Source of the DNA: Tepidisphaera sp. | Lineage (GTDB): Bacteria > Planctomycetota > Phycisphaerae > Phycisphaerales > UBA1924 | Reading direction: 5' to 3' | NCBI GenBank assembly: GCA_050916045.1 | Contig: CP051526.1 | Span: forward strand, 3,328,001 to 3,392,000 | DNA length: 64,000 bases | Part shown: positions 9,644-19,386 of the stretch, piece after piece | Position numbering within the stretch: the first letter of the stretch is position 1 | How the letters are laid out: each line of letters begins with the position of its first letter | Notes under the pieces: model-generated | Told to the model about the DNA's origin: nothing | The model's database searches: none | Seen by the model: only the letters and a program-made list of their open reading frames with translations | Position numbers and translations under genes: made by a program

Positions 9644-10990
9644 GTGCTCGAGCAACTCCTCAGACTGCTGACCTTTCAGGACGCGAACACGCGGATCGTG
9701 CTGATCGGCACGACGATCCTCGGGGTGGCGTCGGCCGTCATCGGGGCGTTCGCGGTGCTTCGCAAGCAGGCGCTGGTGGGCGACGCGGTGGCGCACGCGG
9801 CGCTTCCGGGGATCTGCCTTGCGTTCTGGGTCGTGGGTGATCGCAACTTCGCCGCGTTCATGGTCGGTGCCCTCATATTCGGCTTGATCGCCGCTGCGTT
9901 TGTCGCGTTTGTGCGCTCGGCGACGCGGATCAAGGAGGACGCGGCGATCGGCCTTGCGATCGGCGGGTTCTTCGGCCTGGGCATCGTGCTTTCGAGGGTG
10001 ATTCAGAACGACGCCTCGGGAAACCGGGCGGGGTTGGACAGCTTCATCTTCGGGAAAGCGGCGAGCATGGTGACCGGCGATGCGAAGCTGATCGCGATCG
10101 TGGCCGGCGTGGTGCTCGCTATGGTCGGGCTGCTCTACAAGGAATTCAAGGTTCTGAGCTTTGATCGCGGGTTCGCCGAGAGCCAGGGCTGGCCGGTGGT
10201 TCCGCTGGACCTGACGATCATGCTGCTGATCTGCGTGTGCACGGTCGTGGGCCTGCCGGCGGTGGGCGTGGTGCTGATGGTGTCGCTTCTGGTCATTCCA
10301 CCGGCGGCGGCACGATTCTGGACTGACAAACTGGGAACGATGGTGGTTCTTTCGGGGGTCTTCGGGGGTCTTGCCGGGATGCTCGGCACGGCGCTGAGCG
10401 CGACGATCCCCGCGCCGGTCTCCGGCCTGACGCGGGGGTGGCCGACGGGACCGCTGATCACGCTGACGGCGGCGGCGATCTTCATGGTGTCGATGTTCGC
10501 AGCGCCGCGGCGCGGGATCGTCGGCGAGATGGCGCGGCGGATTCTGCTCCGGCGTCGCGTGGCGCGGCAGAACCTGCTGCGGCGGGTCTATGAGGCGCTC
10601 GAGCCGGGCGGGGATCTCTCACGCGGCTGGAGCATCGACAACCTCGACGCGACGAGCGATCGCGAGCGCCGGGCGGTCGGACGCGAAGTTCATCGCGCGA
10701 CGCGGGCCGGCCTCGTCGCTCCCACGGGCACGGGGTGGGTGCTGACGGCGCGTGGTCAAGCCGCCGCTTCGCGGATCGTGAGGGCGCACCGGCTTTGGGA
10801 GATCTTCCTCATCACGCAGGCGGGGATCGCTCCGGACCGCGTGGACCGGGACGCCGACGAGATCGAGCACGTCCTGCCTCCCGAGACGCTTGCGGATCTC
10901 GAAGCCCGGCTTGCGGAAGCGGGACGGGTCCCGCTCGGGCCGCCGACTCCGCCCTCCCCCCACTCCTCCGCCGGCGCGATGGTGAACTGA
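9644..10990 (+). CDS. troC: Metal ABC permease (ABC-3) fused to a DtxR-like dimerisation/metal-binding tail
   Basis: LVGDAVAHAALPG; YKEFKVLSFD; tail RAHRLWEIFL...DADEIEHVL. Confidence 0.9.
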   Translation: MLEQLLRLLTFQDANTRIVLIGTTILGVASAVIGAFAVLRKQALVGDAVAHAALPGICLAFWVVGDRNFAAFMVGALIFGLIAAAFVAFVRSATRIKEDAAIGLAIGGFFGLGIVLSRVIQNDASGNRAGLDSFIFGKAASMVTGDAKLIAIVAGVVLAMVGLLYKEFKVLSFDRGFAESQGWPVVPLDLTIMLLICVCTVVGLPAVGVVLMVSLLVIPPAAARFWTDKLGTMVVLSGVFGGLAGMLGTALSATIPAPVSGLTRGWPTGPLITLTAAAIFMVSMFAAPRRGIVGEMARRILLRRRVARQNLLRRVYEALEPGGDLSRGWSIDNLDATSDRERRAVGREVHRATRAGLVAPTGTGWVLTARGQAAASRIVRAHRLWEIFLITQAGIAPDRVDRDADEIEHVLPPETLADLEARLAEAGRVPLGPPTPPSPHSSAGAMVN

Positions 10991-10991
10991 C

Positions 10992-12416
10992 ATGCCGACA
11001 CGTTTGCTCATCCTTGTTGGCTTTCTCACGGGCGCCGCCTCGCTCGCGGGGATCGCCTCGGCGACGGAAGGGTCGGCGGCGGCGGCGGCTGCTTCTCGGG
11101 CGTGGTTGACGGTCGGCGGGTATGAGGTTCGGAGCGACGATCTGTGGGTCGCGGGCACGGCGGTGCTTTGCAGCGTGGCCTGCGGCGTGCTGGGGTGCTT
11201 TCTGGTACTTCGGCGGATGTCGCTGCTCGGGGACGCGATCTCGCACGCGATCCTTCCGGGGCTGGCGCTGGCGTTTCTGGTGACGCAGAGCCGGGCTCCG
11301 CTGCCGATGCTCGCGGGCGCGATGGTGGTAGGCATCGCGACGGCGTACCTCTCGGCGGGTCTGAACAGGTGGGGGCGGGTGTCCGAAGATTCGGCGATGG
11401 GCGTGGTCTTCACGTCGCTTTTCGCGATCGGCGTGGTGATGATCACGTGGGTGGCGCGGGATGTGGACCTTGACCCCGGCTGCGTGCTTTATGGGTTGAT
11501 TGAGTTCACGCCGTTCGACACGGTCACGATCGCAGGGGCGGAGGTTCCGCGGGCGTTCGCGTGGCTCGCGGCGGTGCTGGCGGTGAATCTGGCGTTGATC
11601 ACGATCTTCTACAAGGAGCTCAAGATCGTCTGCTTTGATCCGTACCTGGCGGCGACGATGGGGATCAGCGTGACGCTGGTGCATTACGGGCTGATGACGA
11701 CGGTCGCGGCGACGGCGGTCGCGTCGTTCGAGTCGGTGGGATCGATCCTGGTGGTCGCGATGCTGGTTGCGCCCGGAGCGACGGCCCACCTGCTCACGGA
11801 CAGGCTTTCGCGGATGCTGTGGCTCGCGGGCGTGGTCGCGGCGATGAGCGCGATCGCGGGGTACGTGCTGGCGGTGTGGGTTGACACGTCGGTCGCCGGG
11901 ATGATCGCGACGGCTTCGCTGGGGCTTTTCGTGCTTGCGGCACTTTTCGCGCCCCGGCACGGGTACGTGAGCAAGCAGGCTCGACAGTTCGCGCTTTCGA
12001 TGCGCATTGCGCAAGAGGACGCGCTCTGCATGCTGTATCGGTGGGATGAGCGCGGGAAGTCGAGAGCAGACGCGCCGGGCGAACCGCTGACTGGGCGCGA
12101 GCTCTCCGCGGGCATGCGTACGGGGTGGCTGGGGAAGGTTGCGGTGTGGATCCTGACCCGCCGCGGACTGGTCGAGAGGAAGGACGGCGGGCTGATCGCC
12201 ACGCCCGAGGGGCTCGCGCTCGCTGGCCGCATCGTCCGCGGGCACCGGCTCTGGGAGTCGTTCCTCGCGCGGCATCTTTCGCGACCGGCGGACCGCGTCC
12301 ACACCGGCGCCCATCGGGCGGAGCACTTTCTCTCCGAGCAGATTCAGTCCGACCTCGAGGAGGGCGGGACCGTGCGGACCGACCCGCACGGACGGTCGAT
12401 CCCTCCGTCTGCGTAG
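10992..12416 (+). CDS. troD: Metal ABC permease (ABC-3) fused to a DtxR-like tail
   Basis: LLGDAISHAILPG; VDLDPGCVLYG; FESVGSILVV; tail RGHRLWESFL..VHTGAHRAEH..DPHGRSIP. Confidence 0.9.
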   Translation: MPTRLLILVGFLTGAASLAGIASATEGSAAAAAASRAWLTVGGYEVRSDDLWVAGTAVLCSVACGVLGCFLVLRRMSLLGDAISHAILPGLALAFLVTQSRAPLPMLAGAMVVGIATAYLSAGLNRWGRVSEDSAMGVVFTSLFAIGVVMITWVARDVDLDPGCVLYGLIEFTPFDTVTIAGAEVPRAFAWLAAVLAVNLALITIFYKELKIVCFDPYLAATMGISVTLVHYGLMTTVAATAVASFESVGSILVVAMLVAPGATAHLLTDRLSRMLWLAGVVAAMSAIAGYVLAVWVDTSVAGMIATASLGLFVLAALFAPRHGYVSKQARQFALSMRIAQEDALCMLYRWDERGKSRADAPGEPLTGRELSAGMRTGWLGKVAVWILTRRGLVERKDGGLIATPEGLALAGRIVRGHRLWESFLARHLSRPADRVHTGAHRAEHFLSEQIQSDLEEGGTVRTDPHGRSIPPSA

Positions 12417-12443
12417 TGCTGTTCCCTTTCGCGCGACGACAGC

Positions 12444-12806
12444 TCAGCGGATCGGCTTGACGCGGATCTCAACCATCTCGGTCTCGACGAGCTTGCCCTC
12501 GATGTTGAGCATGCACTTGATCGTGTAGGTCCCGATCTCGGTGAACTTGATCCGGGCGACGCGGCCGGACTGCTCCTCGCTGAGGTCTCCGGCGGTGGTC
12601 GACCAGGTCACGCGAGCGTCGCGCCCATAAGTATCGTGGGTCCGAGCGACCACGGTCACGGTCTCGCCCACGACGATCTCACGCGAGGAGGGTTCGAGAG
12701 TGAGACCCGCGGTAGTCGCGCCTGAGCCGGAATAGGACGACTGGTTGCAGCCGGCCGCGGCCATTACCAGCAGGGCGGCGACGGCAAGATGCTTCGCTCG
12801 TTGCAT
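12444..12806 (-). CDS. Small lipoprotein with an Ig/PKD-like beta domain
   Basis: AAGC lipobox; beta-rich body (VTWSTTAG, GTYTI); AAGGAG RBS. Confidence 0.7.
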   Translation of the reverse strand: MQRAKHLAVAALLVMAAAGCNQSSYSGSGATTAGLTLEPSSREIVVGETVTVVARTHDTYGRDARVTWSTTAGDLSEEQSGRVARIKFTEIGTYTIKCMLNIEGKLVETEMVEIRVKPIR

Positions 12807-13046
12807 AGAAACTCTCCTTTACGAATGTGTCGGTAGCTGAAGGTCACGACGGATCTGGTCCGTCGGGAACGTAGGTCATTCTGCGAGACGGTCGACGGCT
12901 CGCCGTGAATCGCAGATGAGACTCAGGTCATGCCCCTTGCTCGACGCCATGCGGGCGGCTCTCGCGGCGCAATGCCAGACTTGCCGCCACCTGACCTTCA
13001 CGTGGCGTTCATCGACCTCTCGCACATTCGCCAGGAGGTACACCCG

Positions 13047-13487
13047 ATGGCATCCACACACTCACTCTCGATCACTTCAGGCCCGGCGATTATCCCTGGG
13101 CCCGAAGCACCCGTTCAAGCACTCACACAAGGCGATGAGCCTATCAACGATCCGCTCAAGCAGCCGGCGTTCGCGGTGGAGATGCCGGGTTCGGCCACGC
13201 GGAACGCGGAGGAGATCCAGGCCATCAGCCCCGAGGGCATGCCCGCCGATCCGAAAGCCGGCCCCGGGGCGCTCTACCGGTACGTCATTCTCGGCGGCAT
13301 GCTGCTTGTCGTTCTCTCGCTCGCGTTGGTGCCTTTCATCGGCTGGGCGGCTTCGGTCATGGCGATGAGCTTCTCATTGATCGCCATGGCGATCAATCCC
13401 TCGGTGCTGAGCACGTTCCGCCGGGCGGACGAGCGTCGCCGCGTGCTTGAACACCGCGGCGAGACGAACGCATCGCATCATCCCTGA
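13047..13487 (+). CDS. Hypothetical two-TM membrane protein
   Basis: AGGAGG before ATG 13047; two hydrophobic segments; head of the stress cluster. Confidence 0.6.
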   Translation: MASTHSLSITSGPAIIPGPEAPVQALTQGDEPINDPLKQPAFAVEMPGSATRNAEEIQAISPEGMPADPKAGPGALYRYVILGGMLLVVLSLALVPFIGWAASVMAMSFSLIAMAINPSVLSTFRRADERRRVLEHRGETNASHHP

Positions 13488-13603
13488 ACGCGACGCCGGC
13501 GAGCGGCCGATTGAACGAGCATGAGAGAAAACTCACTGAAACCACTGCTTCCGCGAGGCGCAGGTGCGCCATACTCCCTCTCGTCATCACCGAAAGGAAG
13601 ACC

Positions 13604-14095
13604 ATGAAGATCATGACCATGTCGGATCTGTACGTTGATCAGATCCAGGACATTCACAGCTGCGAACGGCAGCTCATCAAGACGCTGCCAAAGATGGCCA
13701 AGGCCGCAAGCCACCCTCAGCTTCGCGATGCGATCAACAAGCACCTGGTGGAAACCAAGGGCCAGCTTGAACGCCTGAACACCATCCTTGAGAGCCTCGG
13801 CAAGACCGCGGGGCGCAAGGTTTGCCGAGCGGCGGTCGGACTGATCGAGGAAGGCTCCGAGATCGTCGACGCTGAAGCGGACGAAGAGGTGCGAGACGCC
13901 GGCCTCATCTGCGCCGCCCAGAAGATCGAGCACTACGAGATCGCCACCTACGGATGTCTTCGCACCTATGCCCAGCTCCTGGGCCGAACGGCGGACGTCC
14001 GACTGCTCGAGAAGACGCTGAGCGAAGAGAAGAAGGCGGACGACTCGCTCACGACCCTCGCCACCGGGTTGATCAACGCCGAAGCCCTGTCCTGA
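13604..14095 (+). CDS. Ferritin-like DUF892 (YciE/YciF) stress protein
   Basis: ERQLIKTLPKMAKAA; HLVET; CRAAVGLIEEG; AAQKIEHYEIATYG; EEKKAD. Confidence 0.92.
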   Translation: MKIMTMSDLYVDQIQDIHSCERQLIKTLPKMAKAASHPQLRDAINKHLVETKGQLERLNTILESLGKTAGRKVCRAAVGLIEEGSEIVDAEADEEVRDAGLICAAQKIEHYEIATYGCLRTYAQLLGRTADVRLLEKTLSEEKKADDSLTTLATGLINAEALS

Positions 14096-14169
14096 TCCAC
14101 GTGCATGAAACCCGGGTCCGAACCCGGTGCCCTTACCTCGCCGGCCCCGCCGGCACGGAGTTCCTCGCG

Positions 14170-14601
14170 ATGAATCCTCGAATCCTCATCACGTTCACGA
14201 TCGCGCTCGCCGCCGGCCTCGCCGGATGCGACAAGCGTGACAGCACCACGACTCGCCCGGCCAAAGCCACGGTCGAAAGCAAGCCACCGGCCCCGACCCC
14301 GTCACCCGACAACACGGCGAGCAACCGCAAGGACGCGCAGAACGACGCCAAGACGCCCATCGACCAGTCCGAATCCGCGGCGAGCATCCGGATCACCGCC
14401 GACATCCGCCGCGCCATCATGGAAGACACGAAGATGTCGGTCAACGCGCAGAACTGCAAGATCATCACCGACGAAGCCGGAGCCGTGACCCTCCGCGGCG
14501 TCGTCAACAGCCAGCAGGAACGCGACGCGATCGAAGCGAAAGCCAAAGCAACCGCCGGAGTCACGCGCATCGACAACCAGCTCGAGATCAAAGCTCCCTG
14601 A
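14170..14601 (+). CDS. BON-domain (OsmY-like) lipoprotein
   Basis: LAGC lipobox; ITADIRRAI; GAVTLRGVV; GVTRIDNQLEI. Confidence 0.88.
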   Translation: MNPRILITFTIALAAGLAGCDKRDSTTTRPAKATVESKPPAPTPSPDNTASNRKDAQNDAKTPIDQSESAASIRITADIRRAIMEDTKMSVNAQNCKIITDEAGAVTLRGVVNSQQERDAIEAKAKATAGVTRIDNQLEIKAP

Positions 14602-14655
14602 CGCCAGCAAACGCTGACGACTCGGATCCCGACCAAGTTCCCCAAGGAGAATCCC

Positions 14656-15252
14656 ATGGCAACGTCCGTCTTTTGCATCGCACCTTCCCAGATGATCGCG
14701 AGCGACATCGTGTCGCGTCTCAAGAAATCCGGGTTCGCCGACAATGACATTTCCGTGCTCTTCCCCGACCGCTCAAGCTCGCGTGACTTCGCGCACGAGA
14801 AGAACACCAAGGCACCCGAGGGTGCGGCGGCCGGCGCGGGCGCTGGCGGCGTCGTCGGGGGCACGCTCGGCCTCCTCGCCGGCATCGGTCTGCTGGCCAT
14901 TCCTGGCGTGGGGCCCTTCATCGCCGCCGGCCCCATCATGGCGGCGCTCAGCGGCATCGCGGTTGGAGCCACCGTCGGAGGCATCAGCGGTGCGCTCATC
15001 GGGCTTGGCATCCCCGAGATCGAAGCCAAGCGGTACGCGGGCAAGATCAACGACGGCAACATCCTCATCTCCGTCCATGCCGAAAGCTCCGAGGAGATCA
15101 GCACCGCCAAACGCATCTTCGAGGAAGAACGCGCCTCGGACATCTCGACCGGATCTGAAGCAAGCGCTCCCGCCAAGGACACCTCGTTCGTTCCGAACGT
15201 CCGCACGACGCTCCAGAGGGACGCGTCTGTCCCCGACGGCTCCAAGCTCTGA
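14656..15252 (+). CDS. General stress membrane protein (YflT/DUF3341-like, glycine zipper)
   Basis: DISVLFPD; GAGAGGVVGGTLGLLAGIG; IPGVGPFIAAGPI; GIPEIEAKRY. Confidence 0.8.
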   Translation: MATSVFCIAPSQMIASDIVSRLKKSGFADNDISVLFPDRSSSRDFAHEKNTKAPEGAAAGAGAGGVVGGTLGLLAGIGLLAIPGVGPFIAAGPIMAALSGIAVGATVGGISGALIGLGIPEIEAKRYAGKINDGNILISVHAESSEEISTAKRIFEEERASDISTGSEASAPAKDTSFVPNVRTTLQRDASVPDGSKL

Positions 15253-15412
15253 TCGGACGTTCTGATCCCCGGTCGCCGGGGCTCAACACCGGGCATTCTC
15301 GTGAATTGGAATGCCTGGCTTTGTGATCACGATCTGCATCTCGCGCGTGGCGCGAGACGGGTGACCACCGCCGGCTTCGAAAGAACCGGCCCATTCCAGA
15401 AGGAAGACATCT

Positions 15413-15739
15413 ATGGCGAGCACAACCGCGAACACCGAATCTTCAAGCTTCAAGCAGGACATCCGCGACCTCGGCGACGGTGTCGGCGTCATCAAGGACG
15501 ATGTCAAGCACCTCGCGGGCAGCGCGATGAGCGCCGCACGTCACGGCGCGACCGAGCTCAAGCAGACCGCGCACGATGTCGCCGACTCCGCCAAGGAGAA
15601 GCTCACCCACGCCAAGGACGCGGCGGTCGAAGCCACCGAGTCCATGAAGGCGTGCGTCTCCCGGAACCCGCTCACCAGCCTCGCCATCGCGACGGCCGTC
15701 GGGCTCGTGATCGGAGTTCTCGTCCTCCGTCGGAAGTGA
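15413..15739 (+). CDS. DUF883/ElaB/YqjD-family membrane-anchored protein
   Basis: Helical body ending VSRNPLTSLAIATAVGLVIGVLVLRRK. Confidence 0.85.
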   Translation: MASTTANTESSSFKQDIRDLGDGVGVIKDDVKHLAGSAMSAARHGATELKQTAHDVADSAKEKLTHAKDAAVEATESMKACVSRNPLTSLAIATAVGLVIGVLVLRRK

Positions 15740-15760
15740 TCCCTTCCCACGGAGCTCCGC

Positions 15761-16081
15761 TTGAAGGTCATCTCACAGTTCATCGTGAAGGTCATGAACC
15801 TCCTTGAAGCCGAGGGCAGAACGCTGCTCGGCGCGGTTCAAGGCGAAGGACGCAAGCTCCGCGGTGTGGTCCGCGATCTGCTGGTCGGCGTCGCGTTTCT
15901 CGTTGTCTCCATACCCCTCCTGACCGCGGGCACCCTGCTGGTGGCGGCCGGAGCGATGTGGTGGCTGGAAGCGCACGTCGGCCGGCCGGCCGCCGCGCTC
16001 ATTTCCGGTCTGTTCCTTCTGGCCGTCGGCGGGGTCTGCGTTCTGGTCTTCAGAGCTTTCACGCGAGGGCCCCGGACATGA
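15761..16081 (+). CDS. YqjE-like two-TM membrane protein
   Basis: Two TM helices; directly follows DUF883, as in yqjDEK operons. Confidence 0.6.
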   Translation: MKVISQFIVKVMNLLEAEGRTLLGAVQGEGRKLRGVVRDLLVGVAFLVVSIPLLTAGTLLVAAGAMWWLEAHVGRPAAALISGLFLLAVGGVCVLVFRAFTRGPRT

Positions 16082-16443
16082 GCCAGTTCCCTCCCCAGCC
16101 GCAGATGACACCCGCGGACGCCAAAGCCGAACTCCTGGCCTGGGCCGAAGCGACCGACGCTCGCAGCGCGGGCGCATCGGGCATGATCGGCGGGGCTGTC
16201 AAGACCGGCCTGGTCGTTCTTGCCGGCGTCCTTCTCGCCAAAGCCCTCCTCGGGCTGCGGCGTGCCAAGCCGGAATCGAACGTCAGCGGCACCCGCGTCA
16301 TCCACGCGGCTTTGATCGTGAAGGCGGCCACGTGGCTTCTGCCGCGCGCGATCCGATGGATTCGGGCGGCCACAAAGCCGGCAAGCGCCGCGGATACAAC
16401 AGCGAACAAGCCCGAGGGGGCGCTCCGGTCGTCGACGGCATGA
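16078..16443 (+). CDS. YqjK-like hypothetical membrane protein
   Basis: ATGA overlap with the previous gene; one hydrophobic segment. Confidence 0.5.
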   Translation: MSQFPPQPQMTPADAKAELLAWAEATDARSAGASGMIGGAVKTGLVVLAGVLLAKALLGLRRAKPESNVSGTRVIHAALIVKAATWLLPRAIRWIRAATKPASAADTTANKPEGALRSSTA

Positions 16444-16585
16444 GGCGGTCCAACTCGGAGGAGCGGACCAACTCGCGGAGCTTTCTGCGAGGCGAGCCCG
16501 CTTCACGGAGGCGTGCATGCGGACGGGGCCGCTCCATCGTAAGAGCGGGGGCGGACGCTGATGCGTCACACCCCACTCTCTTCTC

Positions 16586-16852
16586 TCATCTCTTCCGCTC
16601 GCGCTCCTGGCTCGCGTCCGGCGGTTCAATCGGCTCGCGGCTCTGGTGAATGCTCCGCGATGCACCGTCCGTGACGATGCGAACGAACATCACGAGGAAC
16701 ATGGCCACCGTGACCCCGAACACCCCGTGCACGATGGGCTCACCCGGATGGTCGCTCGCGAAGATAACCCCGCCCGACGCAACCGCCAGCGCCAGAAAGA
16801 TGAGCGCGAGTCTGGCCGACCTCTCCTTCGTGTCACGGTTCCCGGCATACAT
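16586..16852 (-). CDS. Small two-TM hypothetical protein
   Basis: MYAGNRD.. followed by two hydrophobic helices. Confidence 0.5.
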   Translation of the reverse strand: MYAGNRDTKERSARLALIFLALAVASGGVIFASDHPGEPIVHGVFGVTVAMFLVMFVRIVTDGASRSIHQSREPIEPPDASQERERKR

Positions 16853-17005
16853 CACTTTGATTCTCGCGGCGGGTCTAAAGTGCACGGGTGGACTGAATGA
16901 AGACACTTCCATTCGGATCCGCAAACCCCTGATCAAGGGAACTCTCAGAGGACGCGCCGCATGGTTTCGTCTGACGCACCATCAAGCGGCACCGTGCCGA
17001 GCACC

Positions 17006-17836
17006 ATGAACACGCTCGAACGACTGTTCGACACCAGCGGCTTTCCCGCCCGGTGGAATTGCGGCCTCTGGTCCCCTGAGCTTGGCTGGCTTCACATCGT
17101 CTCGGACGTCTCGATCTTTCTCGCGTACGCCGCGATCCCCGCCGCTCTCGGGACGATCACTTTCAAGCGGCGGGATGTGCCGCTCCGACCCATTCTCGTC
17201 CTCTTCATCGCGTTCATCCTCTCCTGCGGGTTGACTCATCTCACGGACGCCTTGATGTTCTATCACCCGGCGTACCGTCTTCTCGGCGTGATGAAGCTCA
17301 TCACGGCGACTGTCTCCCTGGTCACCGCCTTTGTGCTCATCCGGAGCCTCCGCGGGGCCGTGCAACTCCCCCGAATCCTCGAAAGCCACCGCCGACTGCA
17401 GGAAGAGCTTCCGATCCGACGCGAGACGGAAGCAAAGCTCCTCGCCGATCGCGCTGTGCTCGAAGCAAGGTCCGCCGAACTCACCGCCCGCGAACGTCGG
17501 CTTACCGCGGCGATGGTCTCGGGAGACGTCGCGGCCGTGCGCTGGAACGCCGAGACCAACGAGATCGAGTGGGAGATGCGAGCGCACCAGGTGCTCACCG
17601 GCGCCAAGACCACACAGGGCCGGGTGACCCACTGGTCGGTGTCACTGACGCCAGAGCAGATGGCCGATCTCCGAGCCCGGTCGCTCGAAGCGGCCGTTTC
17701 AGGTCGGATCATCAGCCCCGAGTACAGCCTTACCGTTCCCGGCGGCGGAACGCGAACGCTCCGCATGACCGCATCGGCCGAGCCGCACGAGCCAGGCACC
17801 GCACCCATGATGGTCGGGATGTTCCGGGTCTTCTGA
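17006..17836 (+). CDS. Ethylene-receptor-type transmembrane sensor with coiled coil and PAS-like domain, no kinase
   Basis: VSDVSIFLAYAAIP and FIAFILSCGLTH match ETR1 SDxxIAxAYFSIP and FIxLCGxTH. Confidence 0.75.
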   Translation: MNTLERLFDTSGFPARWNCGLWSPELGWLHIVSDVSIFLAYAAIPAALGTITFKRRDVPLRPILVLFIAFILSCGLTHLTDALMFYHPAYRLLGVMKLITATVSLVTAFVLIRSLRGAVQLPRILESHRRLQEELPIRRETEAKLLADRAVLEARSAELTARERRLTAAMVSGDVAAVRWNAETNEIEWEMRAHQVLTGAKTTQGRVTHWSVSLTPEQMADLRARSLEAAVSGRIISPEYSLTVPGGGTRTLRMTASAEPHEPGTAPMMVGMFRVF

Positions 17837-17851
17837 CCGCCGTGCCCGCGG

Positions 17852-19381
17852 TCAGGCCGAACCCGGCCCAGGCGGCGCAGCTCCCGAACCGCAAGCCTCC
17901 GCCTGTCCGGGCATGACCGGAAGCGTCACCGTGAACTCAGCTCCACCGGTCTCAAGGTTCCGCACCACGATGTTCCCGCCATGGAGCTCCGCGATGCCCA
18001 TCGCGATCTCGAGTCCAAGGCCGTGCCCCCGGCCCCGTCGCGCCTCGTCCTTGGCTTGCGAGAACCGGTCGAAGATGTGCGGGATCAACTCGGGCGGGAT
18101 GCCGCTCCCCTGATCGCGGACCGACGCATGCAGGTATCCGCCGCGGATCACGCCCTCAAGCGTCACAAGCGACCCCATCGGTGCGAAACGAATCGCATTC
18201 CGAAGCAGATTGTCGAAAATCGTCCTCAGCAGGTCGCAGTTGCCAAGCACACTCCGATCCACGCCCTCCCCGTCGGGGAGCCGGATATCAAGCCTGATGC
18301 CGAACTGCACCGCCATCGGTCGGGAACTCTCGAACGAATCCATCAGAACCTCGCGGATCAGGCAGCTCTCGGACCCGGGAACCTGCTGCTTGCCGTCGCG
18401 TACCCGCGTCAGAAGAAGGAAGCTGTCGACCATCCGGCCCAGACGGATCGCTTCCTCCGAGATGCTCCTGACGAAGTCCTTCACGGAAGCGGGAGCGCTC
18501 TCCAGCTTGACGGTCTGCGCTTCGGCCAGCATGACCGCGATGGGCGTCTTGATCTCGTGTGATACGTTCGACATGAAGCGTTCCTGACGGAGAAACCCCA
18601 CCTCGATGCGCTTGCGTGCCAGCTCAAGCTCACCCTGAAGCTCGGCCATCTCGGACGACGCGACCGGCACGGTGAGGTGCGTTCCGATGGACTCGGGGGA
18701 GATTCGCCGAAGGGCCCGAGTCAGGGCGTTGATCGGCTGCACCGCGATCCCCGCGATCATGTACGCCGCGATCGCGGAGGAGAACACGCCGATCAGCACG
18801 CTCATCACCACCAGTCGCGTCAGCACCGTGAGCATGGCCGTCGCGATGTCATCGCCGACGATCACCGTGAGCGTGCGCCGCCTCGCCAGTTCGTCCACCA
18901 TCGGGATCAGCGTGCCGCGAGCGCTCGATATCCGCGATTCGGCAGGCAGGAACTCGGCTCCCGAACCCGTGAAGAACTGCACCTCCATCGCCGCTGCGGC
19001 ACGGCGGGCGAGCCCGGGAGAGACCTCGTCCGTAGGGGCGACGGTGGTCGCGACCAGAGTTCCGGAATCGTCGAACACATGCAATGCCACGTCCCGCGCC
19101 CGCACAGCGCCGAACTCCTTGATGGCGAGCTCGGCCAGCCGCGCGTTCGTCATCGCGGGGTCGGAGGACAGTGCCCGCTCGATCCGCGTGGTCCTTTCGC
19201 GGAGTCTCTCGTTGAAGATCCCGTTGATCGACTCCGCCCGATAGAGCTGGAAACTCAGCGCCAGCGTCGCCTGAATAACGAAGAAGATCGCGACCGTCCA
19301 GAGGGTCAGTTTCAGGCGCAGCGAGAGCGGCGGGGGTCGCACAAGCGAGAACGTCGAAAGCAACGGAGATGCCGCTCGCAC
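17852..19381 (-). CDS. Membrane sensor histidine kinase (HAMP-HisKA-HATPase)
   Basis: FMSNVSHEIKTP; NLLRNAIRF; DQGSG; IFDRF; GHGLGL. Confidence 0.93.
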   Translation of the reverse strand: MRAASPLLSTFSLVRPPPLSLRLKLTLWTVAIFFVIQATLALSFQLYRAESINGIFNERLRERTTRIERALSSDPAMTNARLAELAIKEFGAVRARDVALHVFDDSGTLVATTVAPTDEVSPGLARRAAAAMEVQFFTGSGAEFLPAESRISSARGTLIPMVDELARRRTLTVIVGDDIATAMLTVLTRLVVMSVLIGVFSSAIAAYMIAGIAVQPINALTRALRRISPESIGTHLTVPVASSEMAELQGELELARKRIEVGFLRQERFMSNVSHEIKTPIAVMLAEAQTVKLESAPASVKDFVRSISEEAIRLGRMVDSFLLLTRVRDGKQQVPGSESCLIREVLMDSFESSRPMAVQFGIRLDIRLPDGEGVDRSVLGNCDLLRTIFDNLLRNAIRFAPMGSLVTLEGVIRGGYLHASVRDQGSGIPPELIPHIFDRFSQAKDEARRGRGHGLGLEIAMGIAELHGGNIVVRNLETGGAEFTVTLPVMPGQAEACGSGAAPPGPGSA

Positions 19382-19386
19382 CGCAT

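Noticed and set aside
12925..12941. Sigma54-like motif upstream of the stress cluster (also at about 38690)
   Set aside because: GG-to-GC spacing is 11 rather than 10 nt in both cases.
15761..16081. Phage holin or prophage
   Set aside because: Context is a yqjDEK-like stress operon; no phage genes in the window, and the amidase at 36111 looks like a cellular lipoprotein.
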